Below are positions 16,871-25,428 of a DNA stretch of 64,000 nucleotides, piece by piece. Numbering within the stretch: the first letter of the stretch is position 1; the number at the start of each line of letters is the position of its first letter. The position numbers and the translations under genes were made by a program. The notes beneath the pieces were generated by a model that made no database searches, was not told the origin of the DNA, and saw nothing but the letters and a program-made list of their open reading frames with translations. Source of the DNA: Desulfobacterales bacterium CG2_30_60_27 (GTDB lineage: Bacteria; Desulfobacterota; Desulfobulbia; Desulfobulbales; CG2-30-60-27); NCBI GenBank assembly GCA_001873115.1, contig MNYK01000110.1, positions 23,118 through 87,117 on the forward strand. Reading direction: 5' to 3'.

Positions 16871-18028
16871 TCAGATCCCCAACTGATAATAGATGATGGT
16901 CAACAGCGAGGCGGTGATGGTGATAAGCAGGATGCCGGTCACCACGGCCGAGGTCGCCGCCTCACCCACCGCCTCGGCGCTGCGGCCGCACTGTATGCCG
17001 CGCAGGCAGCCGGAATAGGCGACCATGGCGCCGTAAACGCTGCCCTTGGAAAGTCCTACCAGAAAATGCTTCAGTTCCAGGGCCTGTATCGTTTCCGTGT
17101 AATACTCGAAGACGCTGATATGAAAAATCGTGGTCGAGACCAGCATCCCTGCCAGCATACCGATGAAGCCCGCATAGAGGGTCAAAAGCGGCATCATCAG
17201 CATGAGGGCCAGAATGCGCGGTAAGACCAGAAAATCAATGGGCGAGATGCCCAAGGTCTTGAAGGCATCGATTTCCTCGTTGACCTGCATGGTGCCGAGT
17301 TGGGCGGCAAAGGCCGCGCCGGTGCGTCCGGCAATGATAATGCCGGTCATCAGCGCCCCCATCTCGCGTACCATGCCAATGGCGACCAGATCGGCGATAA
17401 AGCGCTGCGCTCCGACCATGCGTAATTGATCGGCCCCCAAATAGGCAAGGATAAGGCCGACCAGAAAACAGATAACCGAGACAATGAGCAGTGCCCTGGG
17501 GCCGATCTCCTCTACCTCCAGCCACAGATCACTCATGCGGAATTGGGCGCGGCCGGTTAGCAGCCGGCCAAAGGACAAGGTGATCTCGCCCAGGAAGTGC
17601 AACATCTCGGGTAGACCACGGAAAAATGCAATCGTCTCCGTGCCAACCTGAACCAACAGGGTTTGCCTGCCGCCCGTCCGGTCGCTCACCTTTTGGGCGG
17701 GCACGGCAAAGGCCATGGTCAGCAGATGGCCAACGCCTGCCGGCAAGCCGCTCTGGTCAACCACGATTCCTCGGCCAACGCAGAATTTTCGCAGGGCGGC
17801 AAGAAAGGCCAGAAATCCGGAGTCCCAGGCGCCAAGTGCATCGGTGCGGAAAGTAAGCCGACGAAGATCCTCGGTCAACTCGGCGTGCAAGGCCGCGGAG
17901 GATGGCAGGTCCTGGTCAATGCACCAGCGCCCGGTGAAGACGACTTGCATTGCATCGGGCTCGATGCGGCGCGTTTCCAGATGCCACGCCGCCTCTTGGT
18001 TGCCAGTTATGGAATGCGCCGTCTTCAT
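16871..18028 (-). CDS. MlaE-family ABC permease with N-terminal STAS/MlaB-like domain
   Basis: The C-terminal ~260 aa is a polytopic MlaE-type permease (GPRALLIVS..., EEIDAFKTLGISP). The N-terminal ~120 aa is a soluble extension. Confidence 0.8.
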   Translation of the reverse strand: MKTAHSITGNQEAAWHLETRRIEPDAMQVVFTGRWCIDQDLPSSAALHAELTEDLRRLTFRTDALGAWDSGFLAFLAALRKFCVGRGIVVDQSGLPAGVGHLLTMAFAVPAQKVSDRTGGRQTLLVQVGTETIAFFRGLPEMLHFLGEITLSFGRLLTGRAQFRMSDLWLEVEEIGPRALLIVSVICFLVGLILAYLGADQLRMVGAQRFIADLVAIGMVREMGALMTGIIIAGRTGAAFAAQLGTMQVNEEIDAFKTLGISPIDFLVLPRILALMLMMPLLTLYAGFIGMLAGMLVSTTIFHISVFEYYTETIQALELKHFLVGLSKGSVYGAMVAYSGCLRGIQCGRSAEAVGEAATSAVVTGILLITITASLLTIIYYQLGI

Positions 18029-18076
18029 CTTTACACGCCTTCAGTTCCATGCTTTAGAACTTACCCTTTACACAAC

Positions 18077-18139
18077 GTAACTATCCAGCTTGTGTCGGCA
18101 GTCAAGCGTTGCCGGGCTGCGGTTCCACTGGATAGTTAC
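18077..18139. mobile_element. Family-A MITE, 63-bp minimal form
   Basis: Both TIRs are present. A perfect 8-bp duplication TACACAAC lies at 18069-18076 and 18140-18147. Confidence 0.85.
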
Positions 18140-18266
18140 TACACAACAAAGCATAGCCCTCTTGCATGAAAGGGGCAAGAAATTGCTCTTCCACTATTTC
18201 GTGAGGCAGGCAGCGTCGGTGTGAAAAGATAGTGTGCACTTGACCGTCTGTAGTCTTGCCTGGAAC

Positions 18267-18313
18267 AGCAACACCCAAGGCGCCCGCAAAACCACGGCGC
18301 CTTGGGTGTTGCT
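18267..18313 (-). terminator. Perfect 18-bp stem-loop downstream of the cytochrome gene (possible terminator or RNA-stability element)
   Basis: AGCAACACCCAAGGCGCC - 11 nt - GGCGCCTTGGGTGTTGCT. No U-tract follows on the minus strand, so terminator function is uncertain. Confidence 0.4.
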
Positions 18314-18333
18314 CTTAGCCGAGCCGGCTCGGC

Positions 18334-19770
18334 TTACGGCGCATCATGGCAAAGGCCGCAATCCTGGGTGATGGTCTTGCCCTCCGTCGTGGCATGTTCC
18401 TCGTCATGACAACGCCAGCAGCCATAGCCTTCGTCGGCATACTGGTGCCCCAGGTGGCCCTTGTAGGTGCCCCATTGGATATTCATCTCTGGCCAGACGT
18501 TGGCCATATAGACTTCCAGGAGAAACTCTCCGGCCTTCCCGAGGTCGGCCTCGTGCTGTTTGGCGGTGCCGGGGTCGCGCAGGGTCTGCAAGGCGATAAG
18601 GGCGTCCACCATTTTGGCCTGTGCCTCCTTGCGGGTTGTGTACTGGCTGGTCACGACCGTGAGGCTGTCTTCCCGGATGCCTGGAATTTCAGGGTTGATG
18701 CGCCGGCTGAGCAGGCCGAAATCCACCCGTTCCTCGGGCATCTGATAGACGTGGGTCGGTCGGTTGTGGCAATCGATGCAATCCATGGTCCGCCATTGGT
18801 GTTCCTGGTCCTCCTTGACCTCGGCCAGGTCGCTTTTCACGAACTCTTCCTCGCTGCCGTCGGGCCTGGTCACCTTGACCCGGGCGATCTTGGTCCGCCT
18901 TTCGTCCTCGGCCAGATATTTTACCTGGACATTTTTGCTCACATGCCAGTGGATGCCCTCGAAGGCGTCGGTTTCAGGATTGCGACCGCCGATATGCAGA
19001 GCAATCTCGGTCACCTCTGGCTTGCTCTGGTCGGCGTTGGTGAAGCGTTTGAAGGTCTTGACCTTTTTGCCGTGGAATTTCTCTGGCCAATGGCAGGTCT
19101 CGCAGGTATCGCGGGCCGGGCGCAGATGCTCCACCGGGGCGGGAATCGGCCGGGAGTAGCTGTTGGTGAAAATCGCCACCACCTGCCGGAGGCCGGAGAT
19201 CTTGGCGCGCACGAACCAGTCGGCGCCCGGGCCGATATGGCATTCCACGCAGACTACCCGGGCGTGGGGGGAGCGCTGATAGACCGTGTACTCCGGTTCC
19301 ATGACCTGGTGGCAGACCTGGCCGCAGAAATAGGCGGAGTCGCTGAAGTGATAGCCCTCGTAAGCGACCATGGCAAAGATGCAGACATTGATCACCGTAA
19401 GCACCATGAAACCAATCACCCAGCGCCGATGGCTGTGATCGCTAAGGTTAAGTGTCAGGTGCTCCCTGGATATCCCATACTTGTACCACTTGCGTCGCCG
19501 CAGAAAGGCGGCAATGGGAATCAGGGCCAGCCCGGTGAGCATCAGGCCCGGCAGGATGAGGTAGGTAAAGAAGCCCGCATAGGGGTTGTTAAAAAATCCC
19601 AGCAGGTCCACCGCCATGCCGATCACCAGCAGGGTGGCGCTGATAGTGGTGATGGTAACGCCCATCAGCCCCAAGGGCGACCGCCACATGCCGCGGATGA
19701 TGTGGCCCCACGGCCCTTGGTGCTGCGCTTCATTATTATCTTTTGCCTGTTTACCGGTGTCCTCTGTCAT
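18334..19770 (-). CDS. Membrane-anchored multiheme cytochrome c (NapC/NirT/NrfH-like N-terminal module plus extended periplasmic domain)
   Basis: ORF 18334..19842. Three N-terminal TM helices. Heme motifs CVECH, CETCH, CIDCH, CWRCH and CGLCH, plus an atypical CGQVCH (CX3CH). Likely start is MTEDTGK (19770), preceded by GGGAGAAGG. Confidence 0.85.
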   Translation of the reverse strand: MTEDTGKQAKDNNEAQHQGPWGHIIRGMWRSPLGLMGVTITTISATLLVIGMAVDLLGFFNNPYAGFFTYLILPGLMLTGLALIPIAAFLRRRKWYKYGISREHLTLNLSDHSHRRWVIGFMVLTVINVCIFAMVAYEGYHFSDSAYFCGQVCHQVMEPEYTVYQRSPHARVVCVECHIGPGADWFVRAKISGLRQVVAIFTNSYSRPIPAPVEHLRPARDTCETCHWPEKFHGKKVKTFKRFTNADQSKPEVTEIALHIGGRNPETDAFEGIHWHVSKNVQVKYLAEDERRTKIARVKVTRPDGSEEEFVKSDLAEVKEDQEHQWRTMDCIDCHNRPTHVYQMPEERVDFGLLSRRINPEIPGIREDSLTVVTSQYTTRKEAQAKMVDALIALQTLRDPGTAKQHEADLGKAGEFLLEVYMANVWPEMNIQWGTYKGHLGHQYADEGYGCWRCHDEEHATTEGKTITQDCGLCHDAP

Positions 19771-19855
19771 CACCTTCTCCCATGCTGGAAATTTTTTTTG
19801 CTTATGCCATGCGCAACCACCTCGGGAGGCGGGCATGGCCACTCCGTAATCGACC

Positions 19856-21853
19856 CTAACCGGCCTCTGTTACCGGCAGTGCAATGGAAACCGTGGTATG
19901 ATCGCCTACTACGCTTTCTATCTTGATTTGACCGCCATGGTCCTCCACCAGCATTTTACTGATGGTCAGGCCAAGGCCGGTGCCCTCGCCGGGCGGTTTG
20001 GTGCTGTAAAGGGGATCAAAGACCAAGGGAAGCACACTGGCGTTGATGCCGCCGCCCCAGTCGGTTATCGAGGTGCGCAACCAGCTTCTGCCCTCGGAGA
20101 AGACCACCTCGCCGGTGATGGTTAGCCGCTTTTGTTTGTCCTGGCCTGGATAGCGAGCGTTGAGGGCCTGGCGGGCGTTGTTAAAAATGCAGAGGAAGAC
20201 CAGTTGCATGTATTCCAGGTCGACATCAACGGACGGCAGGGCGCTGGCCAGGGAGATGGTGGCAATGATGCCATCGTTCTTCAGTTGCCGTTCCACCAGG
20301 GCGTAGACGCCTTGTACCACATGCGCCATGGGCAGGCGGGACAAGGTCGGCCGCTTGCCGCGGGATAGAAACAGCAGTTGCCTGAGTACGTCGCCGATGC
20401 GTTCCCCCTCGTCCATGACCTTGCGGAGCAGGTCGGCCTGGGGGCCTCCGGTGGGAGCGAGCTCATCAAACAGCACCTGGGCATAATTGATGATGCCGTT
20501 GACCAGATTCCTGACCTCGTGGGCCACCCCGGCGGCCAGCTCCCCCATGGCCGCAAGGCCGCAAATCCGCACGGTGAGGGCATTGAAGTCGCCCTCCTCG
20601 GTCACCTTCATGTCTCGGACCTGCAGGGCATGACAGGCCAGGGCTGCCTCGTCCACCAAATTGCGCAGGATTTCCATGTCCGTTGCCTGAAAACTGTCAT
20701 CAGCAAGGGCGTAGATAGTGAGCACGCCAAAGACCTCGTCCCGCCAGCGCATGGACAGGGCCGCACCATGCACCGGGCCGGCGGCAAAGGGCGTATTTTT
20801 CAGTAATCCTCTCGGAGTGCCGGCCAGGAGATCCCGGGCGATCACCGGGCCGCCCTGGGCCATGGCCAGATGGGAAGGATCTTTTTCCCTGCCCGAGGCC
20901 CGCACCTGGGCGAGCAGCAAATCCAGACAGACCTCGCATTCATGCTGGTCCATGGTGGTCGAGCCATCCACCGCCACCGGTATTAAGGTGTCGTCCCCAG
21001 CCGTCGCCTGGCCGATCCACACCAGGGCATGGTCGCTGTCCTGCATCAGGGCCCGGCACAGGGACTGGTTGAGTTCCTCGCACGAGCGGGCCTGGCGGAT
21101 GCCCTCGCCGGCCGCGGTCACGGCCGCAAGCAAGTGGTCCCGATGGGCGGCGGCCTTGGCCTGCCGGTCATGCGCCACGATCAGGCCATTGACGGCCTGG
21201 GTCAACTCCACCAGATCATTGCAGGCCTTGGCGTCGTGCTCCAGGATGTCCCTGCCGAACTCCTTTGTCTTACAGCGGGCCACCAGGCCCAAAAGCGGCA
21301 GAATGACCTGCCGGTACCAGAGCAGCACCAAAAAAGTACACAGGCATAGAACCATGGCCAGCCCGCCGATCACCACACTCTGGAACTCCACCAGCACGAC
21401 CTTGGCCTGGCTGGCGACAATGCGGTCAAAACGCATAAGCTGATCACCGATCAGCCGGACCTTGGCGTTGAGCTGGCCGGCCGTCTCCTGGTTTGGCCGG
21501 GCGCCCATTTTTTTGAGCAGCATGATAATCCCTGGCAGGTCCAGTTGATCCAGGAAGGTCAGTTCGTACGCACCGGGAATGCGCCCGCTCTCCAGCACCC
21601 TGACAAGGTCGCCGTTCATCGTTTCGGCCTCCAGGGTAATGGCGGCCATCAGGTCGTAGCGGTTTTCCAGCAGGGCCTCCGTAATCCGCTCTTTTAGCGT
21701 GGCAAAGCGGAAGACAAGTTTTTCGCTCTGCTCGATGACCGCCTGGTACCGTCCGGTCAGGAGGTATTGCCTGGCCCCCAGCAGGACGACAACGCTCAAG
21801 ATGGCGGCCATGAGCAGAATGGTGGTATAGAGGGTTTTTCTGAGGGAAAACAT
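19856..21853 (-). CDS. Sensor histidine kinase (2 TM + periplasmic domain, GAF, HisKA, HATPase_c)
   Basis: H-box [23 protein letters not shown]2 [12 protein letters not shown], and a central GAF-like region. 3-nt gap to the upstream ftsH stop. Confidence 0.85.
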   Translation of the reverse strand: [665 protein letters not shown]

Positions 21854-21856
21854 AAT

Positions 21857-23749
21857 CTATGAGGCGATGGCCTCCTGCATGTGGGTGCAGTGGGCCGCCG
21901 CGGGGCAGGTGCTGCACTCGTGCAGGGAACCGTCTTCACCATGCTCGCTTACCGTTGCGGCTGCCTGTTTTTTCTGGGTGCAGTCGAAGATGATCCGTAA
22001 CTCCTCGCTGTCCAGGGTTTCCGTCTGCAGGAGGATCTCGGCCAGGTTGACCAAAAAATCCTTTTCCTGGTTGATGATGGCCACTGCCTCCCGGTAACAG
22101 CCTTCCACCAGCACCTTGATTTCCTTGTCAATCCGCCGGGCGGTCTCCTCGCTGTGCGCCATCAGGGTGGTCTGCTCGCCCAGAAAGCCGCTGTCATCCT
22201 TGGCATAGGCCAGCGGGCCCATGGTTTCACTCATCCCCCATTTGCAGATCATCTTCATGGCGATCTCCGTGGCCCGGAAAAGATCGTCCTGGGCGCCAGT
22301 GGTCTGCTGGGCGAGGACAATCTCCTCGGCCGCCCGGCCACCAAGAAGGGTGGTGATCCGGGTGCGCAGGTATACCTTGGAATAGGCGTGCCGGTCTTTC
22401 AGGGGCAGTTGCTGGGTATTGCCCATGGCCCGGCCGCGCGGAATGATGGTGATCTTATGGACGGGATCGGATTCCGGCAGAAAGCGTGCCACGATGGCAT
22501 GGCCGGCCTCGTGGTAGGCCATGGTCCGCCGGTCCTTTTCCGTGATGATCAGTCCCTTGCGCTCCACACCCATGAGGATGCGGTCCTTGGCCGCCTCGAA
22601 ATCCGGCAACTCGATGGCCTCCTTGCCATGCCGGGCCGCCAGCAGCGCCGCCTCGTTCACCAGGTTGGCCAGGTCGGCGCCGGTGAAGCCGGGCGTGCTG
22701 CGGGCCACGCTGAACAGATCGATATCCTTCATCACCTTGACCCGCTGGGCGTAGACCTCGAGAATCTTGAGCCGGCCTTTGACATCAGGGGGGAGGATAT
22801 TGATCTGCCGGTCGAAGCGGCCCGAACGGAGCAGGGCCGGGTCCAGAATATCCGGCCGGTTGGTGGCGGCCAGCACCACAATGGTATCGGTGGAACTGAA
22901 ACCGTCGATCTCCACCAGCAGGGCGTTCAAGGTCTGGCCCCGCTCGTCCTGCCCGCCCATGGCGCCGGCCGCGCCGCGATGGGCGCCCACCGCATCGATC
23001 TCGTCAATGAAGATGATGCAGGGGGCGTTCTTCTTGGCCTCCTTGAACAGGTCCCGCACCCGTGAGGCCCCAACGCCCACGAACATCTCCACAAAGTCCG
23101 AGCCGCTGAAGCTGAAGAACGGCACACCCGCCTCGCCGGCAATGGCGCGGGCCAAGAGCGTTTTACCCGTGCCCGGCGGCCCTTGCAGCAAAACACCTTT
23201 CGGGATGGAGGCGCCAATACGGCTAAAATGCGTCGGATTTTTCAGAAACTCGATGATCTCCATCAACTCCTCTTTCGCCTCCGGGATGCCGGCCACGTCC
23301 TTGAAGGTCACCTGTTTTTCACTGGCGTGGTATTTGATGACCTTGTCCTTGGCAAAATCACTTTCCTCCTTGCCTCCCTGCTGACGACGCGCCAAAAATA
23401 TCCAGGCGCCCAAGATGAGCAGCATGGAAATCCCCAGGGAAACGCTGTTCAAGAACAGGTAGGAGTGCTCCGGCCGCGCCGACACCACCACCTGCCGGCC
23501 CATCAATTTGGGCAGCAGGACGTCGATGTCCGGGGAAAATGTCGCCAATTCCCGGCCATTGCTGTCGGTAAAACAGACCTCGCCGCCGCGCAGGCGGACC
23601 TCCTTGACCTCGCCCTTGTTCAGAATGGCGAGAAAGTCGGTGTAATTGATAATTTCCGGCCTGGTCTCCAGGTTCCAGAAAACAACGGCAGTGGCGGCCA
23701 CAATGAGGAGGATGAGGCCGATGAAGAGATTACGAATAAGCAGCGCCAT
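21857..23749 (-). CDS. ftsH: ATP-dependent zinc metalloprotease FtsH (possible paralog with Cys/His-rich C-terminal tail)
   Basis: Two TM segments, Walker [12 protein letters not shown], Walker [19 protein letters not shown] zinc site. Unusual tail DCTQ...[14 protein letters not shown]. Confidence 0.9.
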   Translation of the reverse strand: MALLIRNLFIGLILLIVAATAVVFWNLETRPEIINYTDFLAILNKGEVKEVRLRGGEVCFTDSNGRELATFSPDIDVLLPKLMGRQVVVSARPEHSYLFLNSVSLGISMLLILGAWIFLARRQQGGKEESDFAKDKVIKYHASEKQVTFKDVAGIPEAKEELMEIIEFLKNPTHFSRIGASIPKGVLLQGPPGTGKTLLARAIAGEAGVPFFSFSGSDFVEMFVGVGASRVRDLFKEAKKNAPCIIFIDEIDAVGAHRGAAGAMGGQDERGQTLNALLVEIDGFSSTDTIVVLAATNRPDILDPALLRSGRFDRQINILPPDVKGRLKILEVYAQRVKVMKDIDLFSVARSTPGFTGADLANLVNEAALLAARHGKEAIELPDFEAAKDRILMGVERKGLIITEKDRRTMAYHEAGHAIVARFLPESDPVHKITIIPRGRAMGNTQQLPLKDRHAYSKVYLRTRITTLLGGRAAEEIVLAQQTTGAQDDLFRATEIAMKMICKWGMSETMGPLAYAKDDSGFLGEQTTLMAHSEETARRIDKEIKVLVEGCYREAVAIINQEKDFLVNLAEILLQTETLDSEELRIIFDCTQKKQAAATVSEHGEDGSLHECSTCPAAAHCTHMQEAIAS

Positions 23750-23971
23750 GGCTTTATTCCCTTGGTATGTCAGGAGGATCGGCCGGTCCCCTGCCGGTCA
23801 CGGGTAGGGCCGCCTGTCGCGGACCCGCATGACTTATTATTACCCGAACAATTCTGTTTCGCCATCCATATTCTGACGGCGGCCATGACCGCAGCGCCTT
23901 TTCTCCTGGCTTGCCAGGCCGACACTCACTGTGACATCGTGTCAGAAAGGCCGGCAACCCGGACCCGCACC

Positions 23972-24014
23972 ACAAAAAAAGGTGAAGTGACGACTGCTCG
24001 CCCCTCACCTTTTC
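23972..24014 (-). terminator. Intrinsic terminator ending the small-protein array
   Basis: Minus strand reads AAAGGUGAGG - loop - CUUCACCUUU (10-bp stem, one G-U pair) followed by UUUUUGU. It lies 60 nt after the stop of the last small gene. Confidence 0.7.
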
Positions 24015-24074
24015 TTTACCAACCAGCCCGGCCGGTCCCGCCCCGCGCCGTCTGCTGATTTCACCTGGTCGAGA

Positions 24075-24323
24075 TCAACCGCCCAGCACCGCCTGCACCC
24101 ATTGCGACACAAAGCTCAGCGGGTTGCCGGCGCTCATCATGCCGCCCAGCAGGAAGAGCAAGCCAAGCACCCCGACCACGCCACCCACGGCCAGGATGGT
24201 CACCAGGCCGACCTTGCTCATCTCAAGATCGACATCCTGAACTGCCCGGCTCCGGCCGGTGGCCGTATTGGCGGTATCCTTTGTCCTGACCTTGGCGATT
24301 GCCACTGAAGATATGTCTTTCAT
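24075..24323 (-). CDS. Small single-TM protein, paralog 4 of 4 (82 aa)
   Basis: Shares E.SKVG - Gly-rich TM - GG..S.G.P..F...W..AV.GG with the three upstream genes. AAGAGG RBS. Confidence 0.75.
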   Translation of the reverse strand: MKDISSVAIAKVRTKDTANTATGRSRAVQDVDLEMSKVGLVTILAVGGVVGVLGLLFLLGGMMSAGNPLSFVSQWVQAVLGG

Positions 24324-24350
24324 GTCATAACCTCTTTTATGGAATATGGT

Positions 24351-24575
24351 CTACAATCCAAGCACGGCCCCGAACCAGCCCTTGACAAAAGCGAGCGGCC
24401 CGCCGCTGTTGACCAGACCGCCGACAAAGCAGGAAAGGCCCCAGATGCCGATGAGCGCCGCGACAAAACCGATGACGCCAACCCCAACCTTGGACACCTC
24501 CGCCTCGACCTGGGCGGTTGCCTGACTGGTTACCTTGCTTCTTTCCTTGGATGTGGTGAACGGTTGGTTCATCAT
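24351..24575 (-). CDS. Small single-TM protein, paralog 3 of 4 (74 aa)
   Basis: ORF 24351..24731 trimmed to MMNQPF (ATG at 24575), where an AGGAGA RBS sits 6 nt upstream. The longer N-terminus would overlap paralog 2. Confidence 0.8.
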   Translation of the reverse strand: MMNQPFTTSKERSKVTSQATAQVEAEVSKVGVGVIGFVAALIGIWGLSCFVGGLVNSGGPLAFVKGWFGAVLGL

Positions 24576-24637
24576 GATGTGTCTCCTGTACATGTTTCTT
24601 GCGGATAGTATCTTCCTGGCCTGCATGGGGAAATCCA

Positions 24638-24859
24638 TCAGACCCCAATTACCGCGCCGTACCAGTTTTTGATAAGGGCGAGCGGCCCGCCGCTTTCGAC
24701 CATGCCGCCGATCAAACAGGCCATGGACCACAGCCCGATCAGCGCCGAAGTCAGCCCGAGGCCGACGATGCTCACCCGGGAAATCTCGGCTACCGCCTTT
24801 TCGGTTTCACGAATGGTTACCTTACTGCCGATGAGAGCCTTTTTCGTTGTCGCATTCAT
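24638..24859 (-). CDS. Small single-TM protein, paralog 2 of 4 (73 aa)
   Basis: GGAGGA RBS. Conserved LIGLWSMACLIGGMVESGGPLALIKNWYGAVIG. Confidence 0.8.
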   Translation of the reverse strand: MNATTKKALIGSKVTIRETEKAVAEISRVSIVGLGLTSALIGLWSMACLIGGMVESGGPLALIKNWYGAVIGV

Positions 24860-24916
24860 CTCTTTTTCCTCCGGATTATGGTTTCGCTAACATAATAATT
24901 GTAATTCAATCTGGTC

Positions 24917-25132
24917 TCAGCCGCCGATCACGGCGCTGTACCAGGAGCCGATGAAGGCCACAGGACCAGCGCTGCCGAGCAGGCCGCCAATCAAGCAGGC
25001 CATCGCCCAGAGGCCGACAAGAACCGACCCGATACCCATGGCACTGATCCCGACCTTGTTCAGTTCGCTGTCCAGTTGGACCGTCGCGGTTGTTCTGTTG
25101 ATCGCCTTGGTTCTTGTAGTTGCCCTGTTCAT
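24917..25132 (-). CDS. Small single-TM protein, paralog 1 of 4 (71 aa from ATG 25132; the ORF track starts at GTG 25138)
   Basis: GGAGGA lies 7 nt upstream of ATG 25132. Conserved LVGLWAMACLIGGLLGSAGPVAFIGSWYSAVIGG. Confidence 0.8.
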   Translation of the reverse strand: MNRATTRTKAINRTTATVQLDSELNKVGISAMGIGSVLVGLWAMACLIGGLLGSAGPVAFIGSWYSAVIGG

Positions 25133-25179
25133 GATCACTTCCTCCTGAAGGTTAGCGTTTGCCTTTGTCTGGTATCTAA

Positions 25180-25195
25180 TGCAAGCACAATGCCA
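25180..25195 (-). promoter_or_regulatory. Sigma-54 (-24/-12) promoter of the small-protein array
   Basis: Minus strand reads TGGCATTGTGCTTGCA, which fits TGGCAC-N5-TTGCA with correct GG-N10-GC spacing. It lies about 45 nt upstream of the first small gene and directly downstream of a sigma-54 EBP gene. Confidence 0.8.
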
Positions 25196-25278
25196 AACTG
25201 AAGAAAGTTATGAAGATTTATAAAAAAACAATAGCGTTATGCCGTTGCACGGCGTGGCATCCCGCGTTGCAGTAGAGG

Positions 25279-25304
25279 CCACAGCGTAGGATGATACGCT
25301 GTGG
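25279..25304. promoter_or_regulatory. Palindrome CCACAGCGTA-N6-TACGCTGTGG, candidate enhancer (UAS) site
   Basis: 10-bp perfect inverted repeat about 90 bp upstream of the -24 element. It shares the CCACAG/CTGTGG core with the palindrome at 25379-25420. Confidence 0.4.
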
Positions 25305-25378
25305 TATGGGACGACTTTGTCGCCCATATAATGATGAATGCTGAAAATGGTCCGGGGCGGACCGTGGCGAGAATCCTG

Positions 25379-25420
25379 CCCCATGCCACAGGTGTGTTGC
25401 ACCACATCTGTGGCATGGGG
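25379..25420. promoter_or_regulatory. Palindrome CCCCATGCCACAG-N16-CTGTGGCATGGGG, candidate UAS and/or terminator hairpin of the EBP gene
   Basis: 13-bp perfect inverted repeat 8 nt after the EBP stop codon and about 190 bp upstream of the sigma-54 promoter. No U-tract. Confidence 0.4.
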
Positions 25421-25428
25421 TGAGGTTG

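Noticed and set aside
25255-25271. A second sigma-54-like sequence, TGGCATCCCGCGTTGCA, on the plus strand upstream of the small-protein array.
   Set aside because: The GG-to-GC spacing is 11 nt instead of 10. It also points toward the 3' end of the convergent EBP gene with nothing to transcribe.
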